64,000 nucleotides of DNA from Podarcis melisellensis (lineage: Eukaryota), in NCBI GenBank assembly GCA_964234715.1, contig OZ174280.1; one strand, 5' to 3'. Positions 50,087 through 62,077 of this stretch are shown piece after piece. A program made the position numbers and the translations under genes. Numbering within the stretch: position 1 is the stretch's first letter; the number at the start of each line of letters is the position of its first letter. Below the pieces are notes generated by a model. It was not told where the DNA came from. It ran no database searches and worked only from the letters and a program-made list of their open reading frames with translations.

Positions 50087-51032
50087 CTATGCAAAAGAGG
50101 GAGTTTATAAAACACTGGCTTTGGAATTCATGAAAAGCAGTATAGAAAATTTTAAAGAAAAGCAAAGAAAACTGGAAAGCTTTGCCAGAATTTCTTACAC
50201 AATAAAAGAAATGCCTTGATGCACAGAAAAAACATTCCATAAATTACACAATTCACATAAAGCCAGGCATTCCTAAGGGACCTTCTAGCATGCAAACCAG
50301 CAAAAGGCCCCACAAAGAACTAAACGGAAGAAAAAACTCAAAGCATTTACCCCCAAAAAATCCTGAGTGATTGTCTGCTGTTGAAGCTGTCCAAAGGAAA
50401 ATTCAGCATTTTTAAGAAGTAGTGAACTTGGGAGTTGGATTACATTTGACTAAGCAGTCAGAAGGCATCTGAGCTCCTAAGAAGCATTAAACGCCTAAGG
50501 AACAATTGTTCTCTTTATAACATTTACATTTAATGATAAAATAGAACAAATGTTTCCACTTCTTCCACAAGACATATTCTCACAATTTCCTGTACATTAG
50601 CTTTCCCAATGACATTTTTTCATTTCAGTTTTGCCTAGCACTATCACTGAACTTCTACCACCCTGTTTGCCTTAATCACTCTTAAAAGCAAACTCAGATT
50701 ATTGAGTGTGGACTGTAACTGCAATCAGAACATCCACTGAGAAACAACAGAGATATTGGCATGCTTGGAGAAACAAAACCTAAAGAGGAAACCCTTCAAA
50801 ATAGACTAATGAGAACTAAGGGAGCCAAGTAGATGTTGAATAGAGTGACTGCTGGAAAAGAAAAACATAACATGGGACAGGACAAGGGAAGTGGAATGAA
50901 CTGAATAAGGGAAATAGCTTGCTAAATTCTGAACATGCAGTCTTTTCAGAAGAATGCCACAAACCACAATTCTTGCTCACTCCCCACTTTTTAAAATGTA
51001 CCCACCAATAACAGTGAAAAGCAAACGTTTAC

Positions 51033-51098
51033 CAATTCCAGGGTCCAGGGTGTTACCTCCTCCTTCTGCTCCTCCTCCTCCCCCCGTTCCTGGACCAG
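51033..51098 (-). CDS. Gly-rich linker exon (AGPGTGGGGGAEGGGNTLDPGI)
   Basis: 66 nt, phase 1-1, ctctttacacag acceptor, gtaaac donor. Confidence 0.55.
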
Positions 51099-53652
51099 CT
51101 GTGTAAAGAGACTGATATCAACATTCAAGTACTGACAGCTCTCCATTTATGCCCTTTCAAAATCAGAAGTCAGAAAAATCCATATGGGGTGCCATATGGT
51201 CTCAGAACACCAGCTCCTCATTGGTCTCAGTCTTTGGAATCAGCTTTAGGAAGTTAAAATATATATATATTTTAAAACTGCTGATGCTACTTCATAATTT
51301 GATTTTTTTTTTTAAAGCTGGCTTGTTTTTAACATCAGATTTTAAGTAAGCAAAGGAAGCAACTGTTGCTGCTGCAACCACTACTAGCAGTGTGTGGGTG
51401 GGGGTGAAAGAATGAAGGAGAGAAACATTTGAGCAGTCCAGCGGAGTAAGAGGAGTGGAGCAAGCAAGCATCCCAGGCAGCAGCCACTGACATGAAGAAG
51501 GAGGAGTGGAATGAAAGGGAGAAATTTCCAGACTGCTACCACCACCAATGAAGCCAGCACAGTTCACAAGGATTCGTTTACATCAGATGTGGGAAACTGG
51601 ATCCAATCAGTGGGCCAGATCCTTATCCCCTTCAAAGGCCAAGTGTGAAAGGTAGTCAAACTTGCTAATCATTGGGGCTTTAAAGCAATGCACGCTGCTC
51701 TCTGCAAGGACCGCTGATCAACTGATTCTCAGGGCTTGCAAAAAGCCACAAGCGATGCTATGCAGGTGCCCAACAGCGGAAGCTTGTCCTGAAGCATGTT
51801 AACCTCCAAAGCTGCAAACCCTTTTTTGGCCCAGCTGCATCTTTACTTGCCCCACCCTTCACATCATATATGATGCGAAGTGTAGGGCAGGAGAGTGTGG
51901 CTTGGCCAACAGCGTCTTGTAACCCAATGGAGAGGCCTAGCAGGCCTAATTAGGCCCCTGGGCTGGAGGTTTTACACTGCTAGTTTACAGCAAGAATGTA
52001 GAAAATGCGGCCCTTCAACTTCTATCAGCAGTAACATGATAAAAGATATGACTTATGAGTCCAACATCATCTGGAGACCAACAACTTGATATTGTAGAGG
52101 ACCTGCCATATACTCGTTCTCAATTTTATTATTTTAAAATCAAATTTTTGCCTGCAAGCTTTTAACTTTAATGTCTACTAGGCAACCTACATATTACTGA
52201 GAACCTACAGCATCAAAGCCTTCAGTTTTGTCTGTTTTTAAGGCCCATCATAGCCTCCTAACTAAAGGACACTGTGTATCAGGACTGAGAAAAGTATTTA
52301 CTCCAAAAAAGCCTTTGAAAAGCTGTTGGAGCAATGATTTAAATTGTACAGGCATTTCTATCTCCCTCTGCATCTATGTACTTTGAGCTCAAAACACTAT
52401 GACCAAACACACGAACAGACCTATAAATTTCTCTTGAGGAGCAGTACATAATTTCTATAATAAATATAATTCCATGAGAGTAAAAAGAAATTGTTTACCA
52501 GTTTCAAGTTTTCACTTTCACTCTCAGGTGCTGATTACTAATGCATTTATGCCTTCTTTCAAAATTAATAGTCAGAAAATTCTGTATGGGGTGCCATTAA
52601 TGAGATTCACTCAAATAGGGTTTTCTCGTGATATTTTCTGTGGAATAAGCTTTAGAAAGTTAACATGCATATTTTTTAAACTGCTGATCTTATTTGTATT
52701 TTGAATTTTTCATAGGCCAATTTGTTTTTAACATCTGATTTTATCTGTACCTTCTCTATACTGTAACACTTTATTTTTACTTGTACATTGTTGGGCTGGT
52801 GACGAAGCGCACATGAGCAGTCAAGTTTAAACAGGATGAGGAAAGCCTCAAGCGAGCGGAGCATGTGACCATTACTACTCTCATCACTAGCAGTGGGCGG
52901 AAAGAAATGTCTGAACAGGCTGGTGGAGTGAGCAAAGCAAGCAAGCTGCCCAGGAAGTTGCCGCTGCTAGGTCCACATTGCTGCCACTCTGGAGAGAAGG
53001 AAACCTGTATTTCAAAACTACAGGCTTTCTTCTGTGGGCTAAGGTGGGGAGGGTGAAGGAGAGAAAATGCTTCAGGCTTTTGACCTTCTGCCCATTGGTG
53101 GCAGGCAGCCCAAGCTAGCACAGTGAGTGAGTTGGTCACCCAAGCATGTGGAGTGGGTAGTGAAAGGGGAAAGCCACTTCTCAATACCACGGACTGGTTG
53201 CTGCTTACTGGAGAAACAAGCTCCAAAGAGGTCCACCAGACACCTGTGCCTCACTCTACCCGATCTTGACAAGTGGCAGTGACCTGAGAAGTCAGGAAAG
53301 CAACAAAGCCCCACTCATGCTGCCTCACCAGATGCCACTGCAGAATGTAAGGAGCTGGGAGCATGCGGGAGATAGGGAGTGTCTGAAAGGCAGGCACACG
53401 GGGCTGGCGAGCTACACAAATAAGGGCACAGCCCCAGTTAATGTATATTTTTGGTAAACCACTTACAAAGATTTTAATAATTAAATATTGTTCAATTAAA
53501 ACATAAAATATAAATGCTTTGGAAATTTTTGAACTCCTGATTTGATCATGCGGGATGGCTTACTTCACTTTGCAGCTGAAGCAGTTGACCCAAGATAAAA
53601 AAACAAACAAACTGAAAATTGAGAGACTGAAGTCCCATTTTTTCTAATTCAC

Positions 53653-53703
53653 CTGTGTTAGAAGTTGTATTTCCATGACCTGGAACAACAGTGGTGAAAA
53701 TAC
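53653..53703 (-). CDS. STP-like exon (GIFTTVVPGHGNTTSNT)
   Basis: 51 nt, phase 1-1, cag/gtgaat. Confidence 0.75.
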
Positions 53704-53802
53704 CTGCAAGAAAATAGAGGAGGCAAAGAAATATGGATGTTCTGCATTAAAGTGCAACACAATACCCCGCTTTTCCACCCAAGGAGCCCTTGCAATACTT
53801 AC

Positions 53803-53985
53803 CCTTGAGACATTTTGGAGGAGGAGGATGCCATATGTTGTCAGCCCCACATTTACTACTGTCGCTGCCCACCAGAGTGTATCCACGTTCACAAACATAC
53901 ATTATAATATTATTATATTCATATGTAGGTCGAAATGTAGTTGTCAATCCTCCATTCTTAATAGAGGGTCTACGGCAGCTGACAA
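53803..53985 (-). CDS. CD46-like CCP4 (VVSCRRPSIKNG...WHPPPPKCLK)
   Basis: 183 nt; the ending resembles CD46 CCP4 (W.PP.PKCLK). Confidence 0.9.
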
Positions 53986-54509
53986 CTGAAAAGAGATGAG
54001 CAGCATTTTAAAAGATACTTGTTAATTAACCTATGGGTTATTAAACCATGCACAATGATTTAACTATGGTTCATTTACTGCCAGCAAACCACAGTCTGAA
54101 GTTGTTTGTGTTTAAACTCCAGTTTGTTTTAACTGTGGATTGGCATTACATGTGGGTGCAGCACCCTTTTCTTAACTGTGGTTTGTTTGGCCACCCCATC
54201 TCAGACACTCACCAAACTGCAAAGACACAATGGAAGAGAGACTGGAAAAGAAAGCAAACTGGAAAAGTAAGCAATGGTTTGCATTATTATCTGTGAGATA
54301 ATTCACACTTTACTTATGACTTGTTAAACAGTGGCTTCTATGCAAACCAGGCCAATGTCTCCACCAAAGAAGCAGCAGGGACTTTATACTTGCAAACCAC
54401 CAAGAACCACCCAAATTTGGCAAAATGTTTTTTTTTAACAGAATCTGCATATTCCAAATTGAAAGTGGACACAAAAGAGGAGTCCACTTATTGTGGATTT
54501 AAACAACTA

Positions 54510-54788
54510 CAGTAGAACCTTGACTTGCATACCTTTCGTCTCATAGACGTTCCAAGTTGCATCCGCGGCAAACCCGGAAGTACACACCGGATTTGCCGCA
54601 ATTTGCGCATGCACGGAAGTGGCTTCTGCCACCTGCGTGTGCACAGAAGTGGCTGCTGCCGTCTGCGCATGCGCAGAAGCGTGCTACCGCCAAATGCGCA
54701 TGCGCACAATACGCTTCTTCTAGCGTACCGTTTCGACCAGTGGACAGACCTCCGGAACGGATTATGCCCGTAAGTAGAGGTTCCACTG
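54510..54788. mobile_element. Tc1/mariner(pogo)-type MITE
   Basis: cagtagaacct...aggttccactg, TA TSD. Confidence 0.8.
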
Positions 54789-55616
54789 TAACTGATTGAA
54801 TAAAAATATATAATCTTCATTATATTACATTATTTATTTGACAGGTCTATAAACTGCTTCAAAGACAGAAACTATTAAAGTGATAAAATCAGATTAGACT
54901 CAAAAGACTAACCTCTAAAAACAGTAGCACTGTCCCTGAAATTATACTATTACAATCCCATAAAATAGTCTGGGTCACACTTCAAGGACGGCTTTCTAGA
55001 AATTGCTTAGAACTATTTAAAGCCCTCTGTAACTTTGGACCAGGTTACACAGTGCCTCAGATTTGGATGTTAAAAGGTGTGTTTATTTGTTTAGTACATT
55101 TATAACCTGCCTTCCTTCCATCTGGGCACTGAACTGACCAGATCTGACCCAAATCTGCTTAGTTTCAGCAATGTGACTACATCATTGATTGGCTCACAGA
55201 CCATCTGCTGAAGTGATTTCACCAAGGTATACTTGACAATTTCTACCTACTGAGTATTGTTCTTAAAAACGCAACTCACATGTGCAAGTCATTTTCTATG
55301 AAGCTGAAATGCAGCATATAGTGTTATGCCTCTATACTAAGAGGTAACATTAGGTTATTACGTATTTTAGTGATTACTGATTTCTTCTCAAAGCTTAGTA
55401 TAGATAACGCACAAAAAGCCCATGGAATGTGGACAGCCAAAAAAAAGAAAGGAAGAAAACCCAGCAAAGAATAGCAATTACTACTTAATACTCTTCCCTC
55501 CATGTATTGTAGGAAATTTATATTATTTTGATTATTCATTGTACTCTGAGCACAACAACCCATTCCTGCTAAAGGTAGTAATGCTTAAGTCCAAATGAAA
55601 CTAATGGAATAAATTA

Positions 55617-55972
55617 GGTAAAGGTAAAGGGACCCCTGACCATTAGGTCCAGTGTTGACCGACTCTGGGGTTGCGGCGCTCATCTCGCTTTATTGCCCGA
55701 GGGAACCGGCGTACAGCTTCCGGGTCATATGGCCAGCAAGACTAAGCCACTTCTGGCGAACCAGAGCAGCGCACAGAAACGCCGTTTACCTTCCCGCTGG
55801 AGCGGTACCTATTTATCTACTTGCACTTTGATGTGCTTTCAAACTGCTAGGTGGGCAGGAGCAGGGACTGAGCAACGGGAGCTCACCCCGTCGCGGGGAT
55901 TCGAACCGCCGACCTTCTGATTGGCAAGCCCTAGACTCTGTGGTTTAACCCACAGAGCCACCCGCGTCCCTC
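55617..55972 (-). mobile_element. Full-length Sauria SINE
   Basis: 14-bp TSD aatggaataaatta. Confidence 0.92.
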
Positions 55973-56263
55973 AATGGAATAAATTACTCACATCTAAATC
56001 TAAGTTTCTTTGTTTTCAATGTGACTTAAAAGTGGCTATCCTTGACGGGATCAGGCCATAAGCTTCCCTCAAAATAACTCAGGTTAAAACAAGCTATTCA
56101 TTGAGGGGGCAATGCTATTGCACATCTCATACTGCATCTCAATCCCACTGAAAACCTCAGAGGCTGAATAGCAGCAGCAGCTTACAAATATAGTTCATTC
56201 TAGCAAGAACTTTATTTACATTAACATATCACAAGGAAGCTACTAAGCATAAATTTCCATCAC

Positions 56264-56461
56264 CTTTACATTCAGGTGCAGCTGGACGCCACTCTCCATT
56301 TCTACCATCTGCAGCAGTTGAACACGTAATGGTTGGGCTTCCAATAAGGGAGAAAGTAGGGTTACAGGTATACGTTATTGCTGTGCCATGGTCAAACTCA
56401 TGGAAACCTTTGCCAGTGTGTACGCCATTGGCAATGTCAGGAGGGGGAAAACAGGGGATTC
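56264..56461 (-). CDS. CD46-like CCP3 (RIPCFPPPDIANG...APECK)
   Basis: 198 nt, sushi consensus. Confidence 0.9.
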
Positions 56462-57883
56462 CTGGGAAGCAGAAGCAACATTAACAGTTCAGTTAGACTA
56501 CAATTGCAAGAGCATCCCTGTTAAGGGGGTATTTGGACTAATTTATTTTCACTGAAAAGATGTTTCATTTAAAAAAAGTAATCATTTGATACTTATTATA
56601 GGCATATGCATCCATTTTGGATGACACCCAAACATTGAAACAGTGGGCTGTTGTGAAGATATTTCCACCTCCTCCAAAGCAAACTGGGTCTTCTGTGAAG
56701 CAGGTTGCCCCTAAATATAAACAGGGGAAGCTACCAAAGCCCCCATGCCAACTTCAGAGCAGGGACTGCTATAGAAAAAAGAGTTATAAAGAAAGCTGTT
56801 TGGGGAGGGGGGATAAATAGTACACACACACAAAAAAAACCCCAACCCACAACCAAGAACTCTGTTGCCCCAAGGTTCCTTGATGGAGAAAACTTCCTCC
56901 CAGCTTTTATTTTTACAGTGGGCTTTATTTTCTTCATGGAAATTTATGGAGGCAGTAAAACCAGGGAATAAAAGCTGTCCTCTGAAAACAGTTGAGCGGG
57001 AACCCCCGCTCCCCAGGATGGTCCTTGTGGCCCCTTGTGTAGGGATTCCACTATCCTCAGCTTCCTCACTATTACCAGGGGTACAGCCTTTATTTCTCCC
57101 CATGTATGTCAATGGAGACAAGGCTGCCTTCACAGCTGAACACAGAGAAATAACAAAGCCTGAACCCCTGAAAACCACTGGAAGGAGGAGGGAACATTCC
57201 TACCCAGCAAAGCCACTTGAAAGCTATGCAAAGTTGCCAAGAAGGAACTGTTTCAGCTGAAAAGTTAAATGATGTTTCAGGAGGCTTCCAGTAATCAAGG
57301 TACATAATCCGGCCAATTCCTCCTCAATCCACACACATGTGGAATACTAACTCCAGAAGAAGATAGGCCCCCAAAAATGATATGGGGCAACCAGTGAATG
57401 AGGCAAATTCAGATTCCTCACAGGCCATTGTTAAATTTTAAACACCCAAGCAAAAAGGTGAGCCCAAGACAAATAGGTAAAAAAAGTGGAATATGTTGAA
57501 GTCTAATAATTTTTTACTTCTTTAATCTGCTTATTATTATATTTGTATCCCACTTTTCCTCCAGGAATGGTTCTCTACCTCCCTATACAAGATCACCACA
57601 GAGAAGAGGATCTTCTGGAGGTCCTCAAACTAACCCCTTTCACCAATGTGTGGATGTTCTATATACACTGCTTTATTCCCTCAGATCCTCTCTGAATAAT
57701 GATAATGAAGCAAAGTTGCTTCCATTACTTCCACTAAAACTTAAATACTAGATTGAGAGGGACAAATCCTTTCTGTTTCTAGGAACGTTGAAAAGTTGTT
57801 TAATGAACAGACTGTGTAGGGTTCTTGATGAAACATACCCATTTGCAAGGAATGGCAGAGGTTCCCTGCTCTAATATCTTATG

Positions 57884-58066
57884 CAGTGGCGTAGCGTGGG
57901 TTATCAGCACCCAGGGCAAGGCAAGTAATTTGCGCCCCCTAACCCATGGATTTGCGCCCCCTAACCCGTGGATTTGCGCCCCCTAACCTGTGGATTTCCC
58001 TAACCCCCAGATGTTGCACCCGATGCGGCTGGCCCCCCCCCCCGCACCTCCCACACTACGCCACTG
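57884..58066. mobile_element. hAT-type MITE, same family
   Basis: Same TIR, 8-bp TSD atcttatg. Confidence 0.9.
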
Positions 58067-58361
58067 ATCTTATGTGTCTAACTCCTCTCTCCTCTAATAC
58101 CAATTTCATGAATTCCCAGTAACATGTGATTTTGTCAACTAACATATGTTAATTCATTGCACAAATTTCCTGCTCTGGGGAAAGCTACAAATACAGCCAG
58201 CTGGTTGGAAACAACAATTATGGTGAGTATCTGGAACAAGATCAGAAAGTATCCTGAGTTTACATATTGGTTGAGGACACTTACACACTTGCAATAAACA
58301 GAGCCACACTATAACACATTGAGATTAACCTTAATAAGCTAGAATTAACAAATCATCTTAC

Positions 58362-58447
58362 GTTGGCAAAGTGGAAGATCTCTATTCCAAACAACTTTGC
58401 TGTCTATAAGGGAACATCGAAGAGTCTTTTGGCCTATTATTCTGTAC
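58362..58447 (-). CDS. CD46-like CCP2b half-exon (YRIIGQKTLRC...WNRDLPLCQ)
   Basis: 86 nt, phase 2-1. Confidence 0.88.
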
Positions 58448-58864
58448 CTAAAGGGAAAGAGAAACCTTATATTTTAGTGCAAAGGGTGTAGGTGTGCAGA
58501 TAGAGGATATATCTTAGCCAGTACATATACCTTATTTAGACTATACTCTCCCCTACAGTGTCACAATTTTGCTAGTTGACACAAAAAGAAAATAATGGAA
58601 CCAACCACCACGAGTACAAAAGCAGAAAGAAACAACACAGCAGTACGAATATTAACAGCAGTAGTATTAAAATCTGTTCAAGTAATAAGTTCAAGTAAAA
58701 AGTCTCTGTTGTTGCTGAAATGTTACAAAAATATGGTCAGGAGAAGTTTCCTGAAGAGAGGATTCCATAGATGGGGTACTGCAACTGAAAAGTCTTCTCT
58801 TTGGTTGCTGTCAGTCTAAGTTGAAACAACCTAGCAATTCACTTCACTTTACAATACAGAATTA

Positions 58865-59190
58865 CAGTGGTGCCTCGCAAGACGAAATTAATTCGTTCCG
58901 CAAGTCTTTTCGTCTTGCGAGTTTTTCGTCTTGCGAAGCACGGTTTCCCATAGGAATGCATTAAAAATCAATTAATGCGTTCCTATGGAAACCGCCTTCA
59001 GACCAGGTCTGGGGACAGTCTGTCCCCCGACCTCTTCTGAAGGCTGGCGGGGGGCAAAAGTCTTTGCTCCCCCCTGCCTGCCTTCCCGGGAGAGCGGAAA
59101 ACGCAACGCTCTCCCAGTCCAGGACCTCTTCCGAAGGCGGGCGGGGGGCAAAAGTCTTTGTCCCCCCTGCCTGCCTTCCCGGGAGCTTTT
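58865..59190. mobile_element. Truncated pogo/Tigger-like MITE with an internal ~60-bp duplication
   Basis: ta|cagtggtgcctcg start; the gcggggggcaaaagtctttg block is repeated. Confidence 0.6.
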
Positions 59191-59575
59191 AAATCAGTGA
59201 CATCTTTATGATGTTTTTGGAGGTCACTTCCAGGTTCGGCGCAATGTGTATATACACAGTTGCTCCCATATTGAATGTGCATAAACAGAGGGCTGCCTGG
59301 AAACAAAATGAAAAATCTGAATACAAATTGCCATTGCTTAGGTAGTAAAATCAACCAGAAACAGTAGATCTGTTCCCTCTTTATTAATTTATTTGGAGCA
59401 TTTACTCCCCTCCATACCCTCTCTGTGGACACCCATGATTATAATTATAAGATAGAGCAGATTTTTAAGAGTACAGTAATGTTTAATAAGGTAGCAGTTA
59501 ATATGTGTCTGTCACCAACCCCTCCCAGGAGTTTGAAACAAAGCAAGGTGTTACAAACGTTGACATAAAACTCAC

Positions 59576-59672
59576 CCCTCATTACAGCCTAGAGTTATTT
59601 CATCACCTAATCGCAAGTCTGTTGCTTTTATTATTCTGCCATTCTCAAGAGTTATAGCAGGACATAGCCTTC
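59576..59672 (-). CDS. CD46-like CCP2a half-exon (RLCPAITLENG...GCNEG)
   Basis: 97 nt, phase 1-2, gtgagt donor. Confidence 0.85.
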
Positions 59673-59999
59673 CTAAAAGAAAAATCAGAACAGGCATCAG
59701 CACATGCAACCTTGATTCATTCATTCATTTTTTTAAAAAGGGTATCCTATAGACAGATTAGGGACAGATGGGGCTCCTCAACCTTGGAAGGTAGCCCACC
59801 TAGGAGAAGGAAAGCTCTGATCCTAAACCTCCGCTGCACTGCAGGCTATCTTCAGGATAAGAAAAGGCTAAGGAGTAAACCCTATATAGAGCAGAGTCCC
59901 TAAGACGGTTGGGTGGCGCCTCGTAAGCCTCCTGCAGCCAAGCTGGTGCCAAACAAATTGCTCCGCTTTCCTTTGGACCACATTAACGAGGCCAAAAGT

Positions 60000-61310
60000 G
60001 GGCCAATAGAAATAATAATAGTAAAAAAAAATTAATAGAGGAAAATGTCTGGCCTACATATAGAGAGTTGTTAGAGAAGAAAGAAGGAAAATTGAAACTT
60101 AAAGACTTTGATGAAATAAGAGAACATGTTCAAGACTGGTTGCAATATCAAAAATTAAATGAGATATTTAAAGCAGATAACAAGAAAGGTTTTTGTTATA
60201 CAGTATCTAGATTCCAGAAAGAAATTGTAGATGAAAATTTTAAACTATTAAAAAAAGATGTATAGTATTTTATTAGAATGGGAGACCAAAGATTAGGAGG
60301 TGAAATCCACAATGATTAAGTGGGCACAAGATACAATTAGAGGACTGGGAGAAATTATGGAGAGTAAATTTGAAATTTACTGACTGTATATTATTAAAAG
60401 AGAATTATATGAAAATGATTTACCGTTGGTATATTACTCCAATGAAAATGGCAAAAATGTATAGATCAAGCTCCAATAAGTGTTGGAAGTATAAAGAGAA
60501 GGAAGGCACTTTTTATCATTTATGGTGGAACTGTAAAATAGTTAAAAATTATTGGGAAATGATATACAGTGGTACCTTGGGTTACATACGCTTCAGGTTA
60601 CATACACTTCAGGTTACAGACTCCGCTAACCCAGAAATAGTACCTCAGGTTAAGAACTTTGCTTCAGGATGAGAACAGAAATTGTGCTCCGGCGGTGCGG
60701 CAGCAACGGGAGGCCCCATTAGCTAAAGTGGTGCTTCAGGTTAAGAACAGTTTCAGGTTAAGAACGGACCTCCAGAATGAATTAAGTACTTAACCCGAGG
60801 TACCACTGTATAATGAAATGAAAAAAATGTTTAAGGTAACTTTTGTTAAAACCCCAGAAGCCTTTTTGCTAGGAATTTTAGGTCAAGATTTGCTAAAGGG
60901 GAAACACAGACTTTTTATGTATGCTACAACTGCGGCAAGGATGTTATTGGCATAAAGATGGAAAAGCAATAAAATACCAACGAAAGAAGAATGGAAAGAA
61001 AGACTTACAGAATATGCCGAAATGGCAAAACTGACAGACTAAGAAATAAGGGGAAAAATCCTTTAAAGAAGATTGGGAACCATTTTCGGTTTATCTACAG
61101 AAACAATGCAAAGAATTGGACTCATTAGCAGGTTTTAAGTAAACATTTACAAATAACAAAATTTGTATAAATTATAAGATTAAATATAAAAAATGAATGG
61201 AAAGGAAATAAGCAGGATTTGATATTGAAAATAACCTAGAAAAAGGAGGTTGAGAGAAGTTGGGGGAGGGGAGGGATAATTTGGGATTGGTGAATTATGA
61301 TGTATGTTAT
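60000..61310 (+). mobile_element. L1-clade LINE ORF2 3' fragment, degenerate
   Basis: Cys/His C-terminal region KMIYRWYITP...KCWK...GTFYHLWWNC, A-rich, in-frame stops. Confidence 0.8.
60567..60808. mobile_element. Tc1/mariner(pogo)-type MITE nested in the L1
   Basis: TIR cagtggtacc...ggtaccactg, TA TSD. Confidence 0.9.
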
Positions 61311-62077
61311 TGTCACGGCCACCCAGGACTGGTCCCAGCTCACAAGAGACCTCACTCCGTTGCAGCTTATTTACAGGAAAAGTTTATTAAAGATTTCTGC
61401 TTCTCATACAGTTCAGCATTGTGGCCGTACGTCTGCCACGTTAGACCGCTGAAGTCCCCTCTGACTCCTCCCCTCTTCCGCACCAACTTAATAGCCTGGC
61501 TCTAGACCACCTCTTCCTCTCCTTTCTTTTCCGCAGGGTCTTCCTGCCCCCCTGGGTTCCCTCTCTCCGTGACTCGCCTGAGGCTGAATCCTCTGCCGCC
61601 TCTTCCCCCCTCTTTCTGGCTTTAGGGCCGGGCTCCTCCCCTGAGCTCTCTCCACTTCCGCGCGCCTCTACGTTTGAACTTGGCGCGCGTACGTTGCTGC
61701 TGACCTTTCTTTCGACCGCTACACCACCCCCTGCTCTGCTCTCCACCCTTTCCGGCTGAACACCCTGCTCCAACCCCCTCTCTCTGTTCTCTCCTAATCC
61801 TGCTCCCTCCGAGAGACTGACAACTCCACCCCCTTTACTCCGTTCCGGCTGAGACGTCTCTTGCTTCCTCTGTCTTCCACTGGGCTCCTCTCCGCTTCTC
61901 CCTTCTCCTCCCCTTTGCTTGATTAAGGTAACCCCCTTTTGAGAATCCTCTGACTCGCTGCTCAGACTCGTGGATTCCCTCAGAATTCCATCATCTTCTT
62001 CCTCATCCTTCTGCCCCTCCTCCCACTCGCTCTCCGTCTCCTCTGTCATCTCCTCCTCTCTCCCAGAAACCCTGACA
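61311..62077 (-). repeat. 3' LTR (767 bp, TGTCA...TGACA)
   Basis: Inverted termini; preceded by PPT GAGGGGGGGATGGA (~62078-62091); AATAAA at 61383-61388. Confidence 0.8.

Larger units (their letters stand above)
41691..59672 (-). other. CD46: CD46/membrane cofactor protein-like RCA gene, 5' exons outside the window
   Basis: Split CCP followed by two whole CCPs, small S/T/P exons, a TM exon ending in phase 2 at ...KG, and a last exon starting GKAD as in human CD46 Cyt2. Strict orthology is not established. Confidence 0.65.

Noticed and set aside
51292-51567. ORF with a TM-like stretch and basic tail (LLVVVAAATVASFAYLKSDVKNK) as an alternative anchor exon
   Set aside because: No convincing in-phase acceptor was found, the hydrophobic part is not kept in the duplicate block, and a proper TM exon exists at 45671-45746.
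41691-59672. Calling the upstream gene CD55/DAF from its position
   Set aside because: The split CCP is followed by two CCPs and there is a TM plus cytoplasmic tail. In CD55 the split CCP3 is followed by one CCP and typically a GPI signal.
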